A program made the position numbers and the translations under genes. This document shows, piece by piece, positions 55,769 to 64,000 of a stretch of 64,000 nucleotides of DNA. This stretch comes from Pseudomonadota bacterium (lineage in GTDB: Bacteria > Pseudomonadota > Gammaproteobacteria > Acidiferrobacterales > Acidiferrobacteraceae). The stretch spans positions 42,278 through 106,277 of the forward strand of contig JAKARW010000001.1 of the NCBI GenBank assembly GCA_021819125.1, in the 5' to 3' direction. Each line of letters begins with the position of its first letter. Positions within the stretch are counted from its first letter, which is position 1. A model generated the notes under the pieces. It was not told where the DNA came from. It ran no database searches and saw only the letters and a program-made list of their open reading frames with translations.

Positions 55769-57697
55769 TTACGGGGCTGCGTTGAGCTGGGCGCGGATCT
55801 GGCGAAACGTGGTGTGTGCCGCCCGGTGCTGTTCGCTGATCTCTTCCAAGACCTGTTTGAGCTCCGCCATGCGCCCCTCGAGGGTGTCGCTCGCCTGGTG
55901 GATGCGCTTGATGCTCTCGAGCCTGCGCCGCAGCTGCGCCTGGTGTTCGCGCACCTGCGATTCCATGGGCGCCATCATATCGCGCAACCAGTCGTCGGCA
56001 TCGCGGTTGGCGCTTACATAGATCGCGCGCACCTTGCTGATCGCCGATTCGAAGAATCCCCGCACGACCGCCCTTTGTTCGGTCATGATGAGCGACAGAC
56101 CGCGCATGAACTGCTCGTGTTTTTCCTGAAGGCGCTTGATCTCGCGCGTGTACCGCATGACCGAGAAGGTCGCGGGCTTGATGTTGGCGAGCCCATGCTC
56201 CTCCTGGAATTTGTGGTATACGCCGTCCATCAAGGTCTTGATCTCCTGGCTGTCCTTGACCACTTCCTCCATGTGTGTGCGCGCGTATTCAAAAAACGCC
56301 TGCATGGCGGTCTTAAGGCCCGCGGTTGTAAGGCAGGTCTCCATGTTCTTCTTGGTCTCCTGAATCAGCGCGTCGAGCTGGCGCAGGCTGATCCTGGCAT
56401 ACAGCGCCGCGCTTTGCTGGGCAAAGATCGTGCGCGTGGCATGGAAGCGTTGCATGCTGCGATCGAATTCGGTCTTGTCGGCGCGCACCTTGCCCATCAT
56501 GTGCTCGATGACGTCCATGTTCTTGCCATTGAGGGCGCTCAATTCGCCCCAGTGCTCGCGCACGCCCTGCAGCCGTTGGACGATGAGGCGCTCGACTGCG
56601 GCCTCGACCTCACCGAACTCATGGGCGATCGTCTGGGCCACGAGCCCGCCCTTGCCGGGCAGGAGTTCGTCGGCCAGGGCCCGTTCGAGGGTGCCGATGC
56701 CGCTACGTGTCTCGAGGTCGTGGTCGCCCCGGATCTTGGCGGCCAGCGCCTTTTGCGCGGATACCGGATAGACGCGCTTTTCGGTGACACCCAGGTAGCG
56801 CGCGGTTTCGCTGACCTGGCGGGCGATCTCGCGTGCGACGTCATCGGCGTTGCGCAGTTCGTCCCACAATCCGTCGACTTTGTTCAGGACCACGAGACGC
56901 CCCTTATGGCTGCTCGCCACATGGTCCCGCCACACCGCGATCTCCGACTGCGTCACGCCGGTATCGGCGGCGAGCACGAACAGGATGGCATGCGCGTTCG
57001 GCAGGGTGTTCAGGGTGAGCTCCGGCTCCGCCCCCAGGGCGTTCAGCCCCGGGGTATCCAAAATCACCAGTCCCTCGGAGAGCAGGGGGTGGGGGAAATT
57101 AATAAGCGCGTAGCGCCAGCGGGGAATCTCGACTTCGCCCTCGGCGTCGATCGCAGCCCCGGTCTCGGCGATATCGCGGGTGACGGTAAGCCCCAGCGCC
57201 TGGGCCTCTTCCGCCGGTACCCGCTTGACGTCCGCGATATGACGCAGCGCCTCGGCCGTGCCCGGCGCGTCGTCGACGTTCAAGGTAATCGTCTCCCATT
57301 CGTCGGGAAAGCCCTTGAACTCGGCGACGGTGGCCCCGTTTCGGCGCGTCTCGATGGGCAAAAGGCGGATGCTGGCCGGCCGGTCGGGTTCGTAGAAAAG
57401 CTCGGTCGGGCACATGGTCGTGCGTCCGGCGCTCGAGGGCAGGATGCGCTGGCCCTGTTCGCCGAAGAATAGGGCATTGATAAGTTCGGATTTGCCGCGC
57501 GAAAACTCGGCCACGAAGGCGAGGTAGAGCTTGTCGTCACGCAGGACGTTGTGCATGCGATCAAGATGCAGATCGCTTTGTGGCTGGCTCAAGCCGCGCT
57601 CGGCAAGCCATGTCCGTAGCTCCGTTAGCGCCTGCGCGAGATCGCGGCGCCATAGACCATAGGCCTCGAAGCGCTGCTCAATCGCCGTCTGACTCAT
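55769..57697 (-). CDS. Bacterial dynamin-like GTPase
   Basis: G1 'FSRGKSELINAL', G3 'ILDTPGLNA', G4 'VLNKVD', long helical stalk. 642 aa. Confidence 0.85.
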   Translation of the reverse strand: MSQTAIEQRFEAYGLWRRDLAQALTELRTWLAERGLSQPQSDLHLDRMHNVLRDDKLYLAFVAEFSRGKSELINALFFGEQGQRILPSSAGRTTMCPTELFYEPDRPASIRLLPIETRRNGATVAEFKGFPDEWETITLNVDDAPGTAEALRHIADVKRVPAEEAQALGLTVTRDIAETGAAIDAEGEVEIPRWRYALINFPHPLLSEGLVILDTPGLNALGAEPELTLNTLPNAHAILFVLAADTGVTQSEIAVWRDHVASSHKGRLVVLNKVDGLWDELRNADDVAREIARQVSETARYLGVTEKRVYPVSAQKALAAKIRGDHDLETRSGIGTLERALADELLPGKGGLVAQTIAHEFGEVEAAVERLIVQRLQGVREHWGELSALNGKNMDVIEHMMGKVRADKTEFDRSMQRFHATRTIFAQQSAALYARISLRQLDALIQETKKNMETCLTTAGLKTAMQAFFEYARTHMEEVVKDSQEIKTLMDGVYHKFQEEHGLANIKPATFSVMRYTREIKRLQEKHEQFMRGLSLIMTEQRAVVRGFFESAISKVRAIYVSANRDADDWLRDMMAPMESQVREHQAQLRRRLESIKRIHQASDTLEGRMAELKQVLEEISEQHRAAHTTFRQIRAQLNAAP

Positions 57698-57753
57698 ATC
57701 CGCCCCCTGTTCGCGGTCTTAGGGCCGCTTTACCAGTATAGGCCAAGATGCCG

Positions 57754-58569
57754 CTAGTGTTGACATTTTGGGCAATGATAGCTGCTGCGCCCCCCTGCCG
57801 TCAGCCGCACAATCGGTGCCGCGCAGCGCAGACACGGGGCCCCGGCGCGCCCATAGACTTTAAGCTCCTGCTGAAAATACCCCGGCCGCCCGTCGCTTGC
57901 GGCGAAATCCTTCAAGGTCGTGCCACCCGCCGCAACCGCTCGTGACAGGACCGCGACAATCGCGTGGGCGAGCGCGTCGTAACGCCCCGCGCCGATACGC
58001 TTGGCCGACCGGCGCGGGTGGATGCCGGCCTCGAACAGCGCCTCGTTGGCGTAGATATTGCCGATGCCGGCTACGATATGGCCGTTTAGGAGCACATCGC
58101 GGATGGCGATGGTCCGGCCACGGGCCCGGGCGCGCAAAGAGGCCCCGTTAAAGCCCGCCTCGAGGGGCTCCGGGCCGAGTCGGGCGATGAGCGGATGGGA
58201 AAGCGGCTCGTCGCTATAAAGTAAGGCCCCGAAGCGGCGCGGATCGCGCAGACGGACACATACAGGTGGGTCGCCGGCCAGCACGAGGTCGAAGGGGTCA
58301 TGGGGCCCGGCCGGCATATCACTCACCACGCGAAGGCTCCCGGACATGCCAAGGTGCATGATGAGCGCGCCGTGATCAAGCCACACGAGCAGATATTTGC
58401 CGCGCCGGCCGATATCCCTGATGGTGCGGCCGCGTAGCCGCGCGCCCAGATCGGCGGCGATCGGCCAGCGCAGACGCGCGTCACGCACCTTGAGATCGAC
58501 GATCCGCGCCCCGCGCATCCAGGGAATGAGCCCGCGGCGGGTGGTCTCGACCTCAGGAAGTTCGGGCAC
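57754..58569 (-). CDS. mutM: Formamidopyrimidine-DNA glycosylase
   Basis: GTG start chosen so the protein begins (M)PELPEVE, with catalytic Pro2. H2TH region. Zn finger 'CLRC...CPKC'. Confidence 0.9.
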   Translation of the reverse strand: MPELPEVETTRRGLIPWMRGARIVDLKVRDARLRWPIAADLGARLRGRTIRDIGRRGKYLLVWLDHGALIMHLGMSGSLRVVSDMPAGPHDPFDLVLAGDPPVCVRLRDPRRFGALLYSDEPLSHPLIARLGPEPLEAGFNGASLRARARGRTIAIRDVLLNGHIVAGIGNIYANEALFEAGIHPRRSAKRIGAGRYDALAHAIVAVLSRAVAAGGTTLKDFAASDGRPGYFQQELKVYGRAGAPCLRCAAPIVRLTAGGRSSYHCPKCQH

Positions 58570-59434
58570 CGGGGCCGATCGCAAGCAGCCGTTTGCCGAT
58601 CTCCTCGGGGAAGTGGTACTCGAGGCCTTGATCCGGCCTCAACAACACGAGCTCCGGGTGTGTGGCCAGGATATCGATGACGAGGGTATGCGGGGTCTGC
58701 GATTTGGATGAGCCGCGCTCATGATAATGAATGACCACGCGCCCGACGGCGGCGGCGCCGTGGTAGCGGGTGACCGAAAGAGCGCGTGCGTAGCGCCAGG
58801 CATCCACAAAGCCGTTGATGTGGTCGTTCGAGACCTGTGCAGGACTCGGGGCGGCGTGCCAGATCCCGTCATGGCGGGTCACCGTGAGGTGCGGCAGGGT
58901 AAAGGCCACCGGGTGGATCTTCTTACCGAGGAGTCTTGTGCTGAGGAAGCTGTCGCTCGTCAGCCTGCGCGGGTGGATGATCTCGGCCGGCACCAGGCAG
59001 ATCATGTGTCCCGTCAAGACATAGCGCAGATCCCCGAACGGCCGACGCCGGCCGATCAGGATGCGCCTGTGATCCAAAGTCACGACCGCCCGCGGTGGGG
59101 CGAGACCGAAGGCCCCAAGCGGCCCCTTGGGGACCGCGAAGCGGTCATGCGGCTTGGCATCGACGATATCGGTCAAGGCCTCCACACGAAAGCGCGCGGC
59201 GCGGGCCTTGAAAGGTTGCACGAGTCGCCAGTGTCGGCCTATGCGCTCCAATCGTATCGCCGGCCGGCCCGGGCGCGTGATCGTGATGTCGGTGATCGCC
59301 GCGGCCTTGACCGGCGCAAGCCGTGGGGGCGGTGCGGCCGGTGGCGCCTTGGGCCTAGACCACAAAACCCAGGCAAGCCCCATGGCCACGACCAGAAGTA
59401 CGGCGTTGGCAAGGCCCCGCCTCGTCAGGCTCAT
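58553..59434 (-). CDS. DUF4340-like protein of the GldG/ABC-2 transporter operon
   Basis: N-terminal TM 'ANAVLLVVAMGLAWVLW'. Positioned after a GldG-like gene. ATGA overlap at 59431-59434. Confidence 0.6.
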   Translation of the reverse strand: MSLTRRGLANAVLLVVAMGLAWVLWSRPKAPPAAPPPRLAPVKAAAITDITITRPGRPAIRLERIGRHWRLVQPFKARAARFRVEALTDIVDAKPHDRFAVPKGPLGAFGLAPPRAVVTLDHRRILIGRRRPFGDLRYVLTGHMICLVPAEIIHPRRLTSDSFLSTRLLGKKIHPVAFTLPHLTVTRHDGIWHAAPSPAQVSNDHINGFVDAWRYARALSVTRYHGAAAVGRVVIHYHERGSSKSQTPHTLVIDILATHPELVLLRPDQGLEYHFPEEIGKRLLAIGPGARTS

Positions 59435-60759
59435 AGCCGCCGCCTCCGCCACCAGACCGCGACGGCGCTCGCGAGCAGGAGCAAGGGCAGCACCAGCAAA
59501 AAGCCAAAGGCGATGACATCCTCCTCGGCGCTCGTGAGGGTCAGGGTCAGATCCGGCGAGGCGCGGTTTGGCAGGTTGATGAACGCGTCGTCGTGCGCAA
59601 GCCAGTTGGCGAGATTCATCGCCAACGCCAGGTTGCCGCCCTCGCCTATGTAGCTGTTGGCGGCGAAATCGCTATCACCCACGACCGCCAGGCGCTGCGT
59701 CTTGCCTTTATAGGGTGCCTCAAAGGCCGCGCCAATGGTCAATACCGAGGGTGTGGTGCCAGGCGGCGGCACCACGAGACCTTTAAGCCTCGCCTCCTGG
59801 GTCCAGGCATCGGTACCGGTCGCCAGGATGGGGATGGGTGTGCGGCCCTGGACCGGAGTCAGGGCCAGGGCCGCGGCGGTCGGAAACACCGTCACGAGGT
59901 GCATGCCCCGGACCGGCCCGAGATTCGGGTAATGGCGGATGGCGATAAAGTCCGGGCTTGCGCCGGTGAGCAGGCTCGAGTTCGGATCGACCGCATAGCC
60001 TTTGCGCATGCGCACGCCTTGCCGTGCAAGAAGCGGGGAAAGTCCTTCGGTATGACCCGGTTCGAGCATGACGAGAAGACTGCCGCCGGCCTTTACGAAT
60101 CCTTCAAGCGTCTTGATCTCACCTGCAAGAAAGCGTACGCGGGGATCGGCGATGATCAATACGCCCATGGTTTGCGGGGATAGCGCCTGCGCGCTGATGT
60201 TGGCTGATGTGACGGTAAAGCCGCGCGAGCGCAGTTGCCTCGCCCATGACGAGAGGCCAAGTCCGGAGCGGTCCTGCGCCCCGCGCTCTTTATTCCCCGT
60301 GAGGAAGGTGAGTCTGCGGATGCCGGTGCGCTCAAGCCGCGCTAAAGCGTTGGTGATGCCGCTTTCCGAAAGGCTCGACACCAAGGCCCGCCGGTCCTCA
60401 TAGCGGACCTCGAGTTCCCCGTTAAAGCCGATGTCGAGACGGCGCACCAGGGCCGGGTGCTTGTCGGGGTTGACGAATTTGAGATGGATTGCCGAGTCCA
60501 CCCGCTGGTACTTGGCGAGGAGCGCGCGCAGCCCCTGGCGTATCTGCGCACCCCGGGCAAAGGCCCTGATGTCTACGGGGGCGTGCAAGGACTTAACGAT
60601 ACGCACGCTCGGCCGGCTTAAGCTATTGCGCCCGTTTACGGTCCAGTCGGCCACGTAATGAAAGCGCGCCGCGGCATACAGCGCGAGTGCTGCCACCACG
60701 AGCCACAGCACCACGAATAGTCCGCGCCCGCCGCCTGCCACTATCCGATCCCAGTTCAT
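59431..60759 (-). CDS. GldG-family ABC-transport auxiliary protein
   Basis: N- and C-terminal TM segments flanking a large periplasmic domain ('FLTGNKERG', 'VVGDSDFAANSY'). Confidence 0.75.
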   Translation of the reverse strand: MNWDRIVAGGGRGLFVVLWLVVAALALYAAARFHYVADWTVNGRNSLSRPSVRIVKSLHAPVDIRAFARGAQIRQGLRALLAKYQRVDSAIHLKFVNPDKHPALVRRLDIGFNGELEVRYEDRRALVSSLSESGITNALARLERTGIRRLTFLTGNKERGAQDRSGLGLSSWARQLRSRGFTVTSANISAQALSPQTMGVLIIADPRVRFLAGEIKTLEGFVKAGGSLLVMLEPGHTEGLSPLLARQGVRMRKGYAVDPNSSLLTGASPDFIAIRHYPNLGPVRGMHLVTVFPTAAALALTPVQGRTPIPILATGTDAWTQEARLKGLVVPPPGTTPSVLTIGAAFEAPYKGKTQRLAVVGDSDFAANSYIGEGGNLALAMNLANWLAHDDAFINLPNRASPDLTLTLTSAEEDVIAFGFLLVLPLLLLASAVAVWWRRRRL

Positions 60760-61511
60760 CGCGTCCCCAGACGGTCGGTTTCGAGCCGGCGCACGCTAAA
60801 GATTAGGAAGGTCACGGTCAGCACCAGATAGTAAGCGACGTTCGAGGTGTCGAAGAGTCCGCGCAGGAAGGGCTCGTAATGGTTCACGATCGACAGGTAG
60901 CCTACGAGCGCGCCGCCCGCCCCCCGGCCATGCCCGGCGTAGTCGACGATCCACAAAAAGAACACGACCCCGAAGGTGCCCATGGCCGCGACCGCCGGAT
61001 GACGCGTCAAGGTCGACATGAAAAGCCCAATGGCCGCGAGGGTCGATGCGAACAACACAAGGCCGAGAAGGCCGCAGGCCAACGCCCCCCAATCGAGCTG
61101 CCCGCCTATGAGCAGCGACATCGGCATGGCAAGGCTCATAAGGATGATGATCGCGTAGAAACCGAGGATACCAAAATATTTGCCGAGCACGATCTCGGTA
61201 AGCGACGCGGGGGAAGAATACAAAAGCGTCAGCGTCCGGTTGTGACGCTCCTCAGCGATGAGCCGCATGGTGGCAAGCGGCGTGATGAGCAGCAACAAGA
61301 CGCCGACGTTGCCGAGCAAGGGGGTGGCAACGAGAGTCGTAAGCCCAGGCGCGTTCGGTAGCGTCGTAAGCCGCCCCTCGATCATGAGAAACAAATTCAC
61401 ATGCCCAAGGAACAATCGCGCGAGTATGATCTGCGTGACCCCGAGGATGACGAACGCAAGCGGTGACAGAAACAGTGCCCGCCACTCGCGCCAGGCGATC
61501 GCGCGTATCAT
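60756..61511 (-). CDS. ABC-2 type permease
   Basis: 251 aa, 6 TM segments. Coupled to the ATPase and GldG genes. Confidence 0.8.
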   Translation of the reverse strand: MIRAIAWREWRALFLSPLAFVILGVTQIILARLFLGHVNLFLMIEGRLTTLPNAPGLTTLVATPLLGNVGVLLLLITPLATMRLIAEERHNRTLTLLYSSPASLTEIVLGKYFGILGFYAIIILMSLAMPMSLLIGGQLDWGALACGLLGLVLFASTLAAIGLFMSTLTRHPAVAAMGTFGVVFFLWIVDYAGHGRGAGGALVGYLSIVNHYEPFLRGLFDTSNVAYYLVLTVTFLIFSVRRLETDRLGTR

Positions 61512-62449
61512 GCCGCCTCCGGAGATTCGCCTGTCAATTCCACGAATATTGATTCAAGCGTGGAATGCTCCGGACTGATCTCGCGTAGCCCCCAGTCCTG
61601 CTCGAGGGCCAGCCGCACGATGGCATCGGTCGGGTCGGTCCCCGGCTCGTGAAGGATACGCACCCGCCCATCGTCTACCATGGCCACCGAACGCACTTGA
61701 GGAAGCGCGCCGATGGCATTGAGATCCGGGGTCTTGCGAAACGCCGCGATGAGCGCCTGCGATTCCATGCGCGCCATGAGTGTGTCGATGTCCTCGCTTA
61801 GCACAAGACTGCCCTTGTGGATGATCTGCACGCGGTCACAGCTTGCCTGCACCTCGGAGAGTATGTGCGTTGACAGGATCACGGCATGCTCGCGGCCAAG
61901 CTCGCGGATGAGCGTGCGGACCTCGCGGATCTGGATGGGATCGAGACCCACGGTCGGCTCATCGAGGATGACCACATCCGGATCGTGGATGATCGCCTGC
62001 GCAAGCCCCACGCGCTGCTGAAAGCCCTTTGAGAGGTTCGCGGTGAGCCGCCCCCCGACATCACTCAATCCGCATCTTGCCTTGGCGCGCTCGCGCGCAC
62101 CGTGGCGCGCCTTGCGTGCAATGCGGCGCAGCGCCGCTGCATAGTCGAGATACTCGTCGACCGTGAATTCGCGGTATAAGGGTGGATATTCCGGCAGATA
62201 ACCAAGATGCGCCTTGGCGCGTTCGGGGGCCTCGCGCATGTCGTGGCCGGCGATCAGGATGCGGCCCGATGACGGCGCGAGATTGCCGCTTAGCATCTGC
62301 ATGGTGGTGGTCTTGCCCGCGCCATTGGGCCCGAGAAAACCCAACACCTCGCCGCGACGTATCATGAAGCTCATGTCCGACACCGCCGCGTGGCGGCCGT
62401 AGAAGCGGGTGACCACGTCGGTCTCGACGAGGACCTCGGGATTGCTCAT
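61508..62449 (-). CDS. ABC transporter ATP-binding protein (ABC-2/CcmA type)
   Basis: 'GPNGAGKTT', 'LSKGFQQRVGLAQAI', 'VVILDEPTVGLD'. Confidence 0.9.
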   Translation of the reverse strand: MSNPEVLVETDVVTRFYGRHAAVSDMSFMIRRGEVLGFLGPNGAGKTTTMQMLSGNLAPSSGRILIAGHDMREAPERAKAHLGYLPEYPPLYREFTVDEYLDYAAALRRIARKARHGARERAKARCGLSDVGGRLTANLSKGFQQRVGLAQAIIHDPDVVILDEPTVGLDPIQIREVRTLIRELGREHAVILSTHILSEVQASCDRVQIIHKGSLVLSEDIDTLMARMESQALIAAFRKTPDLNAIGALPQVRSVAMVDDGRVRILHEPGTDPTDAIVRLALEQDWGLREISPEHSTLESIFVELTGESPEAA

Positions 62450-62647
62450 GATGTCACCTGGGTCCCGCTCTGCATAGGCGGCATTAAAGGCCGAGGGCGG
62501 CTTTTTGTCAACGGCGCACAGACCGCCCCCCGAGTCCCGATGGGCGGCGTTTTACCGTTCCCCGGACGCCCGGCAAGTCGCCCTTTCGCCGCCGCGGCCT
62601 TTTGGCCACAATACCATCTCGTTTCCGCTGCCCGGGGATTAAAACCC

Positions 62648-63670
62648 ATGAAAGTCCGAATCGAACCGAGCGGTCACGAGTTTGACACCGCCCCCGGAGA
62701 GACGCTGCTCGAGGCCGCCGTGCGCGAAGGTTTCCATCTGCCCTACAGTTGCCGTAACGGCGCGTGCGGGACCTGCAAGGGGCGTATCGTGTCGGGCACG
62801 GTGACCCATCAACCCTATGAGGCCAAGGCCTTGAGCGAGGCCGAGAAGGCCGCAGGGCTAGCGCTCCTTTGTCGCGCGCTACCCGACGGCCCGGTCGTGA
62901 TCGAGGCGCGCGAGATCGGGGTCGCGAAGGGCATCATCATAAAGACCTTGCCGTGCCGCGTGACGCGTATGGAGAAACTGGCTCCCGACGTCATGCGGCT
63001 TTTTCTGAAGCTCCCGCAAAACGAGCGGCTCCAGTATATGGCCGGCCAATACATCGATATCCTCTTGAAGGATGGGCGGCGCCGGGGTTTTTCGATCGCC
63101 AATAGCCCCGGTGCCGACGAGTTCCTGGAGCTGCACATCCGCCATGTCCCGGGCGGGCTGTTCTCGGGGCATGTCTTCAATACCATGCAGGAGCGCGCAC
63201 TGTTGCGCTTCGAGGGGCCGCTTGGGACGTTCTTCCTGCGGGATGATTCCGACAAGCCCGTGATTCTCATGGCCGCTGGTACAGGCTTCGCGCCGATCAA
63301 GGCGATTGTCGAACAGAGCATGACTGCGGGGACCAAACGGCCGCTGTACCTCTATTGGGGTGCGCGTACCCGCGCCGATCTTTATCTCCATGATCTCGCG
63401 CTCGGGTGGGCGGCCGCGCATGCGCATATCCGCTACACCCCGGTGCTGTCGCGACCGGACCCCGGGGACCGATGGGAGGGGCGAACGGGCTATGTCCAGG
63501 AGGCGATCGGAGCCGATTGGCCGGACCTCTCGGGCTTCGAGGTCTACGGCAGCGGGCCGCCGCGCATGATCGAGGCGGCCAAAAGCGTGTTGGCATCCAA
63601 GGGCCTGCCGGAGGATGCCTTCTTTTATGATGCCTTCGAGTACGCCAAGGACCCCGTGACATCATCATGA
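62648..63670 (+). CDS. 2Fe-2S ferredoxin-FNR fusion reductase (CDP-6-deoxy-3,4-glucoseen reductase/Fre-like)
   Basis: 'CRNGACGTCKGRI...LLCR' 2Fe-2S site, 'RRGFSIANSP' flavin motif, 'MAAGTGFAPIKA' NAD(P)H motif. Start at ATG 62648. Confidence 0.85.
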   Translation: MKVRIEPSGHEFDTAPGETLLEAAVREGFHLPYSCRNGACGTCKGRIVSGTVTHQPYEAKALSEAEKAAGLALLCRALPDGPVVIEAREIGVAKGIIIKTLPCRVTRMEKLAPDVMRLFLKLPQNERLQYMAGQYIDILLKDGRRRGFSIANSPGADEFLELHIRHVPGGLFSGHVFNTMQERALLRFEGPLGTFFLRDDSDKPVILMAAGTGFAPIKAIVEQSMTAGTKRPLYLYWGARTRADLYLHDLALGWAAAHAHIRYTPVLSRPDPGDRWEGRTGYVQEAIGADWPDLSGFEVYGSGPPRMIEAAKSVLASKGLPEDAFFYDAFEYAKDPVTSS

Positions 63671-64000
63671 GCGGCCTTTACGCGCACCATGGACATCACC
63701 ACGAGGCCCAGGATCATGGACATGAGGCCTCGCGCGAGGGGCGCGGCCTGTGGATGTCGCTTGCGCTGACCGCGGCGTTCGCGGTGATCGAGGCCGGCGC
63801 CGGACTTTTTGCCCACTCGCTTGCGCTCTTGAGTGATGCAGGCCACATGCTGTCGGATACGCTTGCGCTCGCCTTGTCGCTTTTTGCGGTGTGGATGGGG
63901 CGCAGGCCGCCGTCGGCGCGCCACTCCTACGGCTTTGCGCGCACCGAGATCATCGTCGCCTTCATCAACGGCCTCGCGCTGCTCGGGGTGGTGACGGCGA
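63667..64000 (+). CDS. Cation-diffusion-facilitator efflux protein (CzcD/ZitB-like), 3'-truncated by window edge
   Basis: His-rich N-terminus 'HHGHHHEAQDHGHE'. TM1-2 motif 'HSLALLSDAGHMLSD'. ATGA overlap with the previous gene. Open to nt 64000. Confidence 0.85.
   Translation, partial: MSGLYAHHGHHHEAQDHGHEASREGRGLWMSLALTAAFAVIEAGAGLFAHSLALLSDAGHMLSDTLALALSLFAVWMGRRPPSARHSYGFARTEIIVAFINGLALLGVVTA

Noticed and set aside
55607-57472. 621-aa ORF on the + strand
   Set aside because: It lies entirely antisense to the dynamin-like gene, which has clear GTPase motifs. Its translation is low-complexity and Arg/Gly/Leu/His-rich with no motifs. This is a typical high-GC shadow ORF.

Overview
High-GC (gammaproteobacterial-looking) chromosomal segment, almost entirely coding. 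Three parts. (1) 1-21.7 kb is core housekeeping: ntrBC, an MCE/Mla-type ABC transporter, the conserved block ygfB-pepP-ubiH-ubiI facing zapA-6S RNA-ygfA, ilvA, a GGDEF-EAL protein, rpiA, trxC and trmL. (2) 22.0-33.8 kb is a complete MSHA-type type IVa pilus locus: 5 pilin-like genes, then mshE, G, I, I2, J, K, L, M, N. It is followed by bioF-bioH-bioC. (3) 38.6-50.2 kb is the unusual part: ten translationally coupled genes that read as a stripped-down VirB/Trb-like type IV secretion module (B2, B3, B4, B5/TrbJ, B6/TrbL, B8, weak B9, B10). I find no VirB1, B7, B11, VirD4, relaxase or integrase in the window. This module continues into an outer-membrane barrel, a 472-aa Ig-domain lipoprotein, a class-II aminoacyl-tRNA-synthetase-like ligase (SerRS-like amino acid:carrier-protein ligase type) with no carrier-protein gene, a tandem-GNAT protein and a hexapeptide acyltransferase. 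The rest (50.2-64 kb) is core again: rpoH, ftsYEX, fdx, coaD, rsmD, a solitary dynamin-like GTPase, mutM, a GldG-type ABC-2 exporter, a Fre-like reductase and a truncated CDF transporter. No tRNA, rRNA, CRISPR, IS or integrase was seen. All calls rest on reading the ORF translations and the DNA by eye. No searches or computations were run, and many start codons were re-picked from motif or overlap logic.
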